DNA from: Balanoglossus misakiensis
Lineage: Eukaryota > Animalia > Hemichordata
Assembly (NCBI GenBank): GCA_040954595.2
Contig: CM082596.2
Span: 6,584,791 to 6,648,790, forward strand
Direction of reading: 5' to 3'
DNA: 64,000 nucleotides
The number at the start of each line of letters is the position of its first letter. Position 1 is the first letter of the stretch. A program made the translations under genes and the position numbers. Positions 31,611-44,285 of this stretch are shown here, piece after piece. The notes beneath the pieces were generated by a model. The model searched no databases and was not told the origin of the DNA. It saw nothing but the letters and a program-made list of their open reading frames with translations.

Positions 31611-34600
31611 AATAGATACAATAAAACTAGGAGTCAGTCAACGATAGCGTATCCAGATAGCAGTGATGCGCTGATTCAGCGTGTGTAGAGTAATGACTTC
31701 AAGCGAGCGAAGTCTGGAAGACGAGCAAATCATACACCAGTGTCAGAGGTCGCGTGGCGGGCGATCCATGCAGCTACTGAGCGCCGAGCACTGAGTGCAG
31801 CCGGTCACGTTGTCTGCCTCTTTATACTAATGCATTGTAATTGGACACAGGAAACCATCGGGGAAAAACTCTTTAAACTACCGCCCCGAACGTTACATCA
31901 AATAAAACATTTCGAGTTAATGACAAGTTGAGAGGACGGATGTCTAAAGAGAAAACGGATATTGTACACTTTGTTGTATATATACACGTATATACTCCAC
32001 GATTTTATTCACTATTTAACAAGTCGTGTTCTCAGTTGTTATGATATATATGTTTTGTTCAGACTGGAATTTTTTCTCGAATGGGAGACTCTCATAAATT
32101 ATGTCATTCAACTTTTTTCCCCACTTTTGACTTTCCGTGGCGATAGTTGTGATGATAAATGTGAATGTACTGAGTAGGTTACAAACACATGACGATACAT
32201 CCGTTGATACATATATTATTCAATATATCCAATAATTCATCCATATTCAAATCGAGCACCAATTCATCAAGTCCATCTAGGCACAAAATGTGACATTAGT
32301 ATGCATAGTTAGCCATTCCTCGATAATTTCGTTGGATTAAATCTAATGAAGTAGGGGTGCCTAGGGGGTGTTTTTAATCTACTGTTCTTGAAGTTCACTG
32401 TTTGATAAACGGCCAAGGTTTTATTGAGAAATAGTTCTGGCAAAACTTAATGTTCTTTTCTGGGTTCTCGATTTCTATTTTTTTGTCCATTTGTGTAAGA
32501 TACACTTCGTATTGATAATAATCTCGTTAATATGTTAAGACATGTTAAAAGGTTAAATTCGATATTTCAAAACGGGTATTTCTTATACTTTGACAACGTG
32601 GTGTTCTTGTGTTGGCCTGGAATGATTTATAAATGTATTTGTTCCTTCCATTCTGTCCGTCCATTCGTCCATCCATCCGTTGGTCGGTCAGTCTGTTCCC
32701 CCTCTCATTCCCATCCCCTCCCACCACTCTCTGTCCGTCTATGTCACCCTCCCCTGTCTAGTTTCTACCCACTGTTCCACGCGCCACTTCCTCCCTGTAA
32801 ATTCCTTCCAATATTTCGTTATCGCTTCAGATAACATCACCCAGCAAAGAATCCCACTTGCCGTGGTTCAATTTAGTAAATGAGGGCAGTTCTGAAGGCA
32901 GTTTTATCGACGAAGGCATCGGGAGCACGGCCGTTCTCCCCGGCAATTTTTTGGCGCATGTTTGAGTGATTTTGACGTTTCTCTCGTAAAGAGAGATCAG
33001 ATAATGAGCTTGCCAAATGAGTTCATCTGGACGAACATAAAAATATCTTGGTCGTTTTATCGTGGGCTCGTCATCAATGAGATAAGATACCTGTAGTTTC
33101 TAACTCACAGTTTACAGCTTCTCCGTGTGTGCACACGTCAGGATGAAGTCACTATACGTGGGTGGTTGTATATAGTTATCATGCACATTTTGACGTGTAC
33201 GTGAGGGTTGGGGGTCAGAAAATTATACCAAATGGAAAACGGTGGTACTTTACGGACATGAACGCGCAAACATGGAATTGTGACTTGTGTAGATCACGTG
33301 ACAACGCGAAACCATGACAAATGGATTGAAATGCAAAATGCGTGTGAAGTATACGCTTGCATAATTTTTATAATGACTCCGAGTAACCTGTTTACTCTGC
33401 GACGTATATTGAATTGTGTTTGTTATTGAATTGAAGCACCAGAGTTATGATTAAATTACCAAAGGACGGTGTTTGCTCTGTTCCATTAGCCACACACGGA
33501 ATTCTAATCGATCACAGCGAAAGGCAAACTGCGGAAAATTGAATTGCGTTGACTGAGCTCGACGTTTGGTAGATTTTTGCAGTCTGATAAGCTAGGAAAA
33601 AGATGTGTCATCTAAGATCTGTGCACATTTAATAGTCGGAGGAAATGATTGCAATAGAACTGTGTTGTTTTTTTTAAGTAGGGTGAATTATGGACCAGGA
33701 TTGTTAGTTCACTTTCGGAGATAGAACACATTTCTGATTGGGTCGTTTCCAGTTTTGCGTTCAAAGAGGTCTCGAACAAGTTGCCAGGAACCTTTGAAAT
33801 TGACAGTTGCTGAGTGAAGACCGGTTCGACTTGTTTCATTTCACTGCGAAAGTGACACGGTTGCGCGTTTAGGTGATTAATTGATCCGGACCACTTATAT
33901 ACCCAAACCACTTGGTGTGCAGGAGATATTGAAAGCTGAAGTAAATGTGATCATGCAAGTCAGTATACAGTATCCATCGTTTTATCTTCAAATTTCTATG
34001 GTGGAGGACCAGGTAGGAAATAAAGCAATACTTACAACAGATAAAAATCTTCGGTTCAACGACGAAATCAAGAAAAACAGGCGAGCTACCGCGCAGCGAT
34101 CAGAAGTTTCCGATTTAAGGGCGCTTTTCTCTTCAGCAGCTACGACGAACACCGATAATAAATTAATAATAATTACATATCTCCCTGAATTACAGCGTAG
34201 AACAGGCTAAATTCTGGTCGGCTGTTAAGTTCCTCTCTAAAATATTTAAACGTGACAAATAACGGGACAACGCGTACACAGCAAGGTCACTGCCGTCACC
34301 GTTAAAATAAATTATCGTCTTCCAACGCCAAGTTAAACTGCGATGGCACAACTCAGGAATGAGCTCCCCCCACTGTCGCCCACCCCCCTTTCTCGGTGCT
34401 CAATGGACCAGTCCAGGAAATAATCTAATTGGCGCCAAACCAGGGTTGTGCAACACTGCAATTTGTCAGTCCATGTACTTTACGGCTCGACATTTAATTT
34501 ACCATGTAAGTGGGGGGAATAAAACCGGGGCTCCCGTGGGATGCACAAATTAGACTGGCCGATTGAGTGATTTTTAGAGCCACTTTACATGCACGTGGGA

Positions 34601-37391
34601 ATCGCCAGTTGCGCTGCTTTAATGCAGCTAATAAAATAACGCCAGTATACAGCGATTGCATAGAGCCAGCCTTAATCAAAGCAAGTATTTCATAGAGTTC
34701 TGAAGCACGCCGTGGTGTTTTGCGGGATAAAATTAATACCCGGTTGGATCACTGCCTCTGTTCCTCGTGAAATTAGATTAGATGCTCTCTTTGATTATTA
34801 ATGTTAATCATTTATGATTTGCATACCGTCCCCTGATGGGGGCGATACAACACTGGCATATCATAACGCGTATACCTTTTAGTCATTGATTGAGCTGTGA
34901 TATATTCAGCATTAACGTCGGAGATGTGTTACAACATCATAGCTAAGGATCAGGTAGCTTGCAATAGCGCAAGGGATGGGTCTTGAAAGTACGCGGCGGC
35001 TGCTTTTACGGTCCACATCAGTCCCCCTCCCACCGTAACATTACTGACCCTTAGAACTAAACGCCATCTTGGGGATGAGAGATAGTGTATATTGATTGCT
35101 CGTGATGAGGAATTCGTAATTTTTTTTTTATAGATTTTCGTCATTTAGCCGTTTGCTGTTGGAAAGTTTCAAATTCTTGTCTGTGTAAGCTACGTTGATT
35201 GCTTTGGAGTAAGCTTATAGTGGCAGTCCAACGTCTGTAACCCCCGTGGGAATTTAGCACGGTTCCACATACTGCAGAGACGGACTACGCATGACCGCAC
35301 ATTATTACTGATCAGTGTTTTTGGTGTTAGGGTGCACCTCGTTGAATTAATTGCCAGGGGCACGCAATACCATTAACCCCATTAGGCTAAATTGTGGCGT
35401 GTATGTTTTATTGGGTTGGTACTTCCATGATGAAAGTTGCCAAAGAGGGCGCTGGAAGAAATGTGGAGAAAAGCGGTCATCAAGCATCGCTTCACCCATT
35501 TCTCATAGAGTATACACTGCATGTTACTTGCACGATTTTTGTCCAAAGCTACATTTGTTATTGATGACCACGCCAGGAACATACCCACGTGAAGCCGAGT
35601 GTATCTGGACTTTACTTTTGCTGTGGTTACAATTACTTTAGTCGAAGCTGGATAAATCAGAAACGAACTTGTGAGATCCTTTCGTGTCCGCCCAGAGTTT
35701 ATGCCCCCAGGGGCTGGGTTCACACATTAGCAACTACTTGTGAATGTGTCGTTTGTGTTACGGAGAATTCTTCACAGTAATGAACGGAGATTAAATTACC
35801 ATTTGCATAAATGTGCATGTAACTGATTAGTTCATTAATATTACGTAATTTAACCAGAGTCTGAAATCCGATGGATCAATGACCCTGCACTATGACCTTG
35901 AACCTCAGACAATAATTGAAAATTGCCCGAGCTTACGTTTTGATTGTTGCTGCCATATATTGTTGTTTTGAACTGTTATGGCTGAATTTTGCTGAAACCG
36001 TTACACTTTCATCTCTCTATGGTCGTGTTCTCTTGTAATTGAGTGTAGTCTGTTACCATGAGCAGAAATGAATGTTACGACATTACCATTGAATTGCTTT
36101 ACTGACTAAAGCGACTGATCGCAAACGAGCTCGTCTTTAGTTACATATTTCATATTGAACGTTTTGTAAAACACTAACATTTCTCTGTGCATAAACATTA
36201 CTGTGATTACAAGCTGGAGAAAAGTTAAACACGATTTAAGCGTTGTGTAATACGTGTACTGTAACATACCAGAAATATTTCGGTGGACAGGTAGATTGTA
36301 TTATATGGGTGGTATACTGACGTAACACCCGAGAAAAGACCATCGTATACATGCTAAGCCAGTCTGAGCCTAAATGCACTTACACGTGCACATGGCCTTA
36401 CCTTAGTCTCCAAATGTAAGTGCTGCGTCTCAGCAGGTGCGGCTGGGTGTGTGGTGCAGCTGATGAGCATTCGATGCGCTGTTGGTGTTTGGTAATTGTT
36501 TGTCGTGCACGGCTGTTCCGCCAGGCACCTCAATAACACACAAAGCTACTCTCGCCGCCAAATGCGGAAACGACGCACTTATGAAACCCAAGTTTATCGA
36601 TTTCTGCCAATGGCCAGAGATACGGTCAACCACACTGTGCAAACCACGCCGAGGGGTATCTGTGCAATTTCTGGCGATCCTCAAAATCGGCCGCAGAACA
36701 GTCAATGCCGATGGCGAACGTGTTTCCCCCCCTGGGAGTCTTTCGTGGCGATTGGGTCTGAGATGAAAAGACCAGGCCTGTCCTTACGCAACCACAATGC
36801 GCTAGATTACATCGGCTGTGATCTTTTAGACTATCTGAGACCATTATTCTCAACCTCTCAATTGCCTGGATTACCGCCTCGACAAATAGATACATTTGAG
36901 GTGCCTTTCACGGCGTTACGTAACGTCACCAATCAATTTTTTTTCCTCGGGATTCAGAATACAGGGCGTGTGCGTTTGACAAGTAGGTCCCAGCATGCAG
37001 CTGGATGGGGACCTTCCCCTTCCAGTATTCAATGTGACATTGGGAATTGTCGCCGAGATGTGCTGGCCAATTGCGTTGACCGCTGTGTGACCGTAAATCC
37101 GGGCGTTTGCAACGGCCTGATGTGCTGATAATGTAATTGTCTCTCACAATCATTATGAGGAGAGTAGACACATTATCAGACAATTCACGTTTGCCAGCTT
37201 GATGAATGGATCCTCCACCCATAATAGAACAAATATTTGCATTTTTCTCTGATTTTTCCTCCGCGAACACAACAGTATGTTGAAAGACCACTTACTCGCA
37301 CGAACGACAATACCGTTGTCGACCAGGGAAATCTCGTCATTTCCATTATGTTTTATGCACTGAGATGCATAACCAACCGTGCGGTGAGGCC

Positions 37392-37498
37392 TGGTGGTGG
37401 TGGTGGTTTTGGGGATGGTGGTGATGGTGATGACGACGACGACGATGATGATGATCATCATCATCATCATAATCATTTACGTGCTCTAAACCGTTTTA
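37392..37498. repeat. Compound (GGT/GAT/CAT)n microsatellite plus a 27-bp dispersed repeat
   Basis: Trinucleotide run followed by atcatttacgtgctctaaaccgtttta, which recurs at 42446-42472. Confidence 0.85.
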
Positions 37499-39498
37499 TG
37501 TAGTGCAGCACAGTACAGTTACAGTACTGAACAGTCCCTTGTACAATTCAATGTAAGCTACCCGACCTGTACACATACTAGTAAACGCCCACAGCGTTGA
37601 CTGAATGGAAATAACGGCGGGTGTAGTTTTTTGAGTCGGAACACGTCGCAGTCAGCGAGGCTTTCGGCTATGAATGGAGCTTGTCAGTCGTTTAGATGCA
37701 ATTAAAATGAGCAGAAGTAGAAGTATTCCGCTCCTGGGCATGCAGGTAATCCGTCCCCAGTTCAATGAGAACGGGGTCGTCTGGTTTTATTGAGGGCGAC
37801 CGCAGAGTACCGCGTTTCCGTTTGACGGACGCCGTAAAACGATCAGCGGCAGTATGAACCTTTCTGGCGGGGACAATGTGTTGACTGTTCCCGGCGGTCG
37901 TGGCTCGGACCCGTCAGCCATTGTCAAAAGAGCCATAAACAGCGATACTCGAGGAAGCTCACAGTATACAAAAAGCGGTGAAATTTTAATTACACCTCTT
38001 CACCCGACTAACGACGCAAAACGCCTGTGAAGCTTTTTTGCTGCATGGGTATTTCGTTCGTGAAGCCCTGACTCAACAGTGTACATACAGATCCCACTTC
38101 AATGTATCTTGTGATTTTTTGTTTAAAATATAGATTCAGGGACCGCACATCAGAATCACAGACAACCTGCGGCTGATGTCTGAGCCGGAATCTCTCCACA
38201 TTCTGCGGTTCCTATGTAACACATGATCGTTTACTCCTCTGCTTCATATTTACACTAACGGTTTCAACAATTTACTCACAATTGGCTGTGGGTGTACATT
38301 GGAATACGGGTCACGTTTCTTTTCGAACAAACCTTCAAAGGCTAGAGTAAACAAATAGGACACTGTCCGAGTCGCTACTCTTTTATGTCGGGTATTGGTA
38401 TCCTTAATCGGTTCAACGAGCCTGCATACCTTTGCTTGATTTGATTCGATTTTTGCTTTCTTTTGGACTCGCTTTTGAAACATTTCCGCCGTTAAACCTA
38501 TTAATGATGTAAGGGGGCTGGTTATGTCCACTGTGCGGAGAATTGTATGTTTTGGTTTTTTGTCCATGCGTGAGTCGTTAGGATTGCTTGTCACGTTGAG
38601 TGTTTTTTGACGAATCCAGCTTCTGAAAAAAATGTTCCCCTGATGTACTGCTTGCTTAGCGGTTGTAAACTTTATGGCTTCCGGCGTGAAGGTATCCTTT
38701 TTGTCTGATCGAAAATTCACAATGACTCGGTCTTTGTTTACCTGGAAGATCTGTTCTCTTTTTACTCTCACTTGTTTGATGATTTAAGTCGCTTTATGGT
38801 GGTTCATGACAGTTCATCGTGCCATTTCGCTGAATGGAAACTGGTGGCTCGCACACACCACGTAATATCAGCGGCGCGTAAGAAGACTAGCCCGGTGGCG
38901 ACGGTGTGGGAAAAGCAGTGGCCTGAAAAGGCGTCTTATCTGCACTTTGTACCAGGAGTACTTCATCTTCCAGACTCTTGAATGACGAGTCCGAAGAATC
39001 AGAACGACCAATTTTGTGTCCTCGCAACGTCTCGTATCAGAATGCCATTGAACAAGTCTACGTGTTTTACGTTCTCTCCCGCCCCCTTCGGACTCATTCA
39101 AAGAGACACGCATTACTCATCACACATCTCATTTGAGGACGGCCACCCCCACCCCTCTCCCATCCACGCACGTCAATGGCCTAATCGGATGTGCCTTGTA
39201 TTGTATACCTGAACAATTTCCCACCAGCAGATAACGAGAATCCGCATTGTTCGAGACAGCTGAACCATGGCTTCTTGTATAGGAGTCTACAGCAAACGCC
39301 GTGAGCATACGCTGTACTAGAGGTACATCATGAAGACCAAATTGCGGTCGGTGTAAATAACGGGGATGATAGTGAGAAAAAAAACTAACTTACATTTTTA
39401 GGTTACGTCTGTATTTCAACTGACACAGGTCACATTAAGTGATGACCAGGTATGGACACCCGTTGTTGGCAAACGTGTCTGTTTGAAAGGGGCCTTAC

Positions 39499-39870
39499 CT
39501 GAGCGCCGGTCTTCATCACAGCGGTCTGTGGTTCCATGCAGCACGTTCATCCCGGCGGTCTCCTCAAAATACATCGTCCGCACGACCCCGGCGGTGTAAC
39601 TTTGGAATATTCTGGGAGGCGGAAGTACTTGTGCCACACTTTCGGCGTGGATCAGTCCATTATATGGAGTACAGGGGTATTTCGCGTCAAAAAAAGTGCG
39701 CTTCGGTACGCTCCACATCGGCGCCTGGACTGCGGATGGGCTTGAGTGCACTCCGCCAGTCCGCCGCGAACGATGTGGGCCAGGGGTGACGCGCGATGAT
39801 ATCATCACCCAGCATTGTCCTGTTAAACTGTCCATAACCCCACCCACGGCTGAACCCCCCGTGTACCTAT
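39499..39870 (-). other. GC/CpG-rich exon-like segment, possibly the non-coding first exon of the ColQ-like gene
   Basis: GC-rich island ending in a strong donor CAG|gtaagg at 39499/39498. The ColQ ATG exon has an acceptor just upstream of the ATG (gtttacag at about 28133). The 152-aa ORF across it has no recognisable domain. Confidence 0.3.
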
Positions 39871-40361
39871 TCATGTCCCGACAACGTCAAACGGTGACGG
39901 CTCTTAGTCAGCCCTAATGACCATTATTGAAAAGCCATTATGAGAGCCACTCGTTAATGTTCACGCGACACTCAACACATTATTTACGCGTGCTTCTTTA
40001 AAAAGTAATTCTTGAACGCAGCCACTCGCGGATTCAACGAAGCGAGTTACCCCCTTTTTTACCAAGGTTGGTCAGTTACCATATGCTCTTCCCAGACAAT
40101 ATAGACAATATCTCAACGACTACATCAGAAATTGATAAAATGGTTCCAAGAAGTCAAACCGACTTGATATGCAATGTGGGTTACTGTTAGTGAAATTGGG
40201 TCAAAGTGCATTTTTTTTGTCAAGCTTGGTGGTATGTTTTGTGGTAAAGTAACTCGAATAAGACGTTACTGAGCAATTAATGTGAAACTGAATGTGTGAT
40301 TTTTGCCAATGTTCCCAGCGATCCTGCCACGTTGCTGAATTGCACTGTAGTACCAGTGCAA

Positions 40362-40399
40362 CCAGCCAACCAACCAACCAACCAACCAACCAACCAACC
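40362..40399. repeat. (CCAA)n microsatellite
   Basis: Seen directly. Confidence 0.85.
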
Positions 40400-41358
40400 A
40401 TACATTTTATTTTTGTCGTTAAAGTTCTTCAGCCAACCGAGCGAGGTCCTATAGCATATCCCACAGAATGTGTTGTGTATTTACAGGTGCGCGTGTGAAA
40501 TTTCCCCCATCGCCAGGACGCACAATACCCTTCAGTGTCCGATTGTCAATTTCGATGTGTCCCATTCAGTTAGAATTTTACAACGATAATTAGCCGAGAA
40601 ACGCAGTGTGACCGGCCATTGAAACGGACACAATCCTGCAGTTTGTAGCTCTGAACAAACAATGTGCTTACTGTTGTATATTTGCTGGGGGAAGAAAGGC
40701 CCGGGCTTCCCGACCGAGGAAAGATCAAAAGACTCCGGGGTATAGCACTTCCTGTAAGGGAGATGCCGACGACATGGGCCCTTTAGAGTATCGACCGAAC
40801 TACATGTAGGTGCATGGTGAACAGGTAATTTGTAGCTTGATGGAACTTGAAAGTGGGTCTTACAAAAAGGTGAACGCACTCTGAAATTACTAGACCGTAG
40901 CAATCACTACGTCATATAAATTAAAGTGAACCGACACCTTCCTTGTAGAGAGATTCTAATAAAATAAATTGTAACGTTACAGTAAACACATAAACACTTT
41001 TTATTTATCAAACGTTTGGATGTGAACCAGTTAAATAATAATAAAGGGGTGCCACACCCATTTAACGTCCATTGGAAGAAATAGTCAAAAAGTGTAAATG
41101 TGGTATAAGATATAGACATATTGAAATATATATTCTCCCAAGAACCCTTAATTATTCATTAAGGAGCACCACTTTTTAATATGCATAGATTTCCGGCTAG
41201 AGTTTTAGCGAGATTCCGTTAAATGTGTTCTTGTGTTATCTGGTAATACATATTAATAACTCAGAATTCATAAAGAAATTCTTGCGTAACCCTGGATGGT
41301 TTGTTAATGCATGAGTCAGTGTCAGGGAAATCATTTCCAGTCAGGAGATAACGAGGCT

Positions 41359-42382
41359 TTACAGATACGTCGCTCTCAGCGTGTCTGCGTTGTGCTGCAA
41401 CTCGCATCTCTCGAGACTGTCAACCAGACCAGCCACGGTGGCCCTGAACCCGTGTTTGCTCTTCCACAGTTCCAGCATTCTCATCTTCTTGTCCACCATG
41501 TGGCGGCAGTCGGCGTCGATGTGCTCCACCTCCTGCGCGGACAGGCCCAGGCCCCTCTGCGAACGGCCGAACTGTTTCCACTTCTGGACGGGTAGCTCCT
41601 CGGCTAGCGTCAGTAGTGCTTCCTCCAAGACAGACTCTGCGTGCAAAATAGCAGAAAAAATAAATTGTATTGTTACAGTAACACGTGTGGCCACCATCAA
41701 GGGTTAGTATTACATATTGGGTTGATTATTGCATATTGGGCTAATTGTTATCACATATCGTGTAAGCATGACATAATGGGTAAAGTGATAGTACATATTG
41801 GCTTAGCATTAATTATTGGATCCATTATCACTTATGTGGATGATGAAACGACAGATGGGAATTTTAGTGACGTCGTCAAAGAGCGTGATCGCAAAAAGCA
41901 AAAACAGTGTGACAGGTGACCGCATGCGTTGTCTTGCTGCATTCAGCCTAAATATGTGTGTATTTTAAATTGAGGCTTAAACAAAACTGTGAGTATAATG
42001 TATTCTGCCCGATTCCCGAAAAGCCACCCCGCCCCGTGGTGATCAGTTCATCTCGTGTAGAATCCAATAAACGGATTGCAAATAGCCCCTACCTTGTTTA
42101 ACCAACCCTTCGGTAATCTCCGCCATGCCGAAGATACCCTCACTGCGAAGAGCGTCGATGATGGTCTGGTTGGTGGCGCCGTTCCCCTCCTTGTCTTTCC
42201 ACTTCAGCATTGCCTGGTGCAGACGATCGCGTTCTTCGGAGTGGTTAGATTTTATGGTGTCCAGTTCTTCGTCTGTTAGGCCGAGCTGTCTTGCAAAACT
42301 CTCCCAGTCCCTTCCCATCGCTAGTAGGGTGGATGTTACGTAGCTAATTGATCTCTTCAACCCTTAATAATAATAATAAAAA

Positions 42383-42431
<49 letters not shown>

Positions 42432-44252
42432 TTTTGTTGTTGTTGATCATTTACGTGCTCTAAACCGTTTTAATTGGTTACGCAACGCCGTAGTCTAAAT
42501 GTTCAAGTCAAATTTCCAGTCGTTTTGGAACAGAACATTCAGTAAGTAGCAAAATTTTTTGGCAATATCGGTGATACTACAGCACAAAGAAGTGTAATAG
42601 TAATATGATAGTTACTTCTTGGGATTTGCCTCTCTGTGGCGGTGTTTTCATCCTGGAATTAGGAAAACAAATATATTCAAAAGTTTGTGAGTGTGATGAA
42701 TTGCGGAATAGGTTATGAAAACCTGATAAATACACATTGTATATAGTGTCTTCAAATTGAAATTCAACAACGTTGACAGATTGTTTTTTTTTATTTTACA
42801 CGTGAAGGGTCAAAAGACTTTGTTTATTTGTGTTTGATATCTTCTCATTTGAGCTCAGTTTGTTGTCTGTGGTTTGTTGTATTCTATTTAAGGTGTATAG
42901 TTGACTGCTGTGGTCTGCTGTAGGCTGTTTAGTTATTATTATAAGGGTTCAAAGCGTTACACGTTTGTCTGTATAGAGTGAGTTCTGGTACTCACCCGTC
43001 TCAGTATGAACTTCAGCTCTGCCACCTGTTCGAAAATGGCGTCTTTGGCCTTGACCTTTTTGGACTGTTTCATGAAGAACTTCAGGGAGCCTTCCAAGTC
43101 GCCGCTCTCTCTGGCTGCAGGATTCTTAGGCTCCACGGTGACCTCGACGAACCGCAGATGAGTCGGGTAGAATTTCAGGTGTCTCAGCGAGTGTCTGATC
43201 GAGAACTCGTCGCTGGCCTGGAAGTTTATCCTCTGGCGCGCCCGCATCACTATGTCCCCGCTGTAAGGGATGCCGGGCCGCAGGCTCTCGTACCCGTCGC
43301 CGGCGAACAGTTTCATCTTCTCCCGCACCTCGTGGGACTCCACGACGCTGGCGAGCAGCTGTTGCGGCTTCTGGGCGTGTTGCAGTAGCAGCAGCCTGGC
43401 CGTCTTTGAGCCATTTTTTGCATTCTTGTACACCTTCTTCGCATGTCTTCCAACGTTGCTTCTTTCTCTATCAGTACTGGAGACGGCACCATACCTAGAA
43501 AAGTTATATCACCGTATTCAGTGATAGCAGTGGCCTATTCACCAAATAATCATATTCACACGTCTATTACTCGCAATATTAAAAAAAAATGATTATCGTC
43601 TTCATTCGAGATCAGTGTATGTATGCATGCATCTATGTATCTGTGTAAAGTCCATATACATATTCTTTAAAATACATGTTTATACGGCTGTTATTCGCAT
43701 ACCCCGAGAAAGATGACACCCGAAACGTCACAACTGTCTCTCGTATGATCGGTTTCACGCTGTCGGTAACATCCTGCCAATCGTCGGTGTCCGTCTTATC
43801 AGCAACTATCCTCACTGTGGTTTCTTGTTTGTCCGCTCTCGGGGGCAGCGGCAGACACAGTGTCACTGGCTTCTTGAAGGCTCCCACAGTCCGGTCACTT
43901 TTGACGAACACCACCGGGGAGAAGGCTATCTGGCTATCCAGGCCCGGTTCTTGGTGGAACGAGGCCGATATCGCGCCGGCGTCCACTGGCATGACCTGTC
44001 GGTGCGAAGTGAGCATGCGTGAATGTTCGGACAATCGGACAATCTCTGGTCGTTTTCGCTGTGTTCGCACATTGTGGTCTCCTGACAGTTAGAATTAATG
44101 AAGGTTGTCTTTGACTGTACACGATAATAGTAAAGACATACGAATACCCTATTGAAGCGATTACTAGTATCGCAGAAGCATTTTAAATCATTATTTTGTT
44201 ACCACTATTGGTTAGTGTCTTTGTACACAAGGAATTTGATAATGAGCACCAT

Positions 44253-44285
<33 letters not shown>

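Noticed and set aside
36496-37128. 210-aa plus-strand ORF
   Set aside because: Non-ATG start, no recognisable domain and no splice partners.
38250-38771. 173-aa basic minus-strand ORF
   Set aside because: GTG start, no domain or motif recognised and no convincing splice sites; a BLASTX hit would be needed to revive it.
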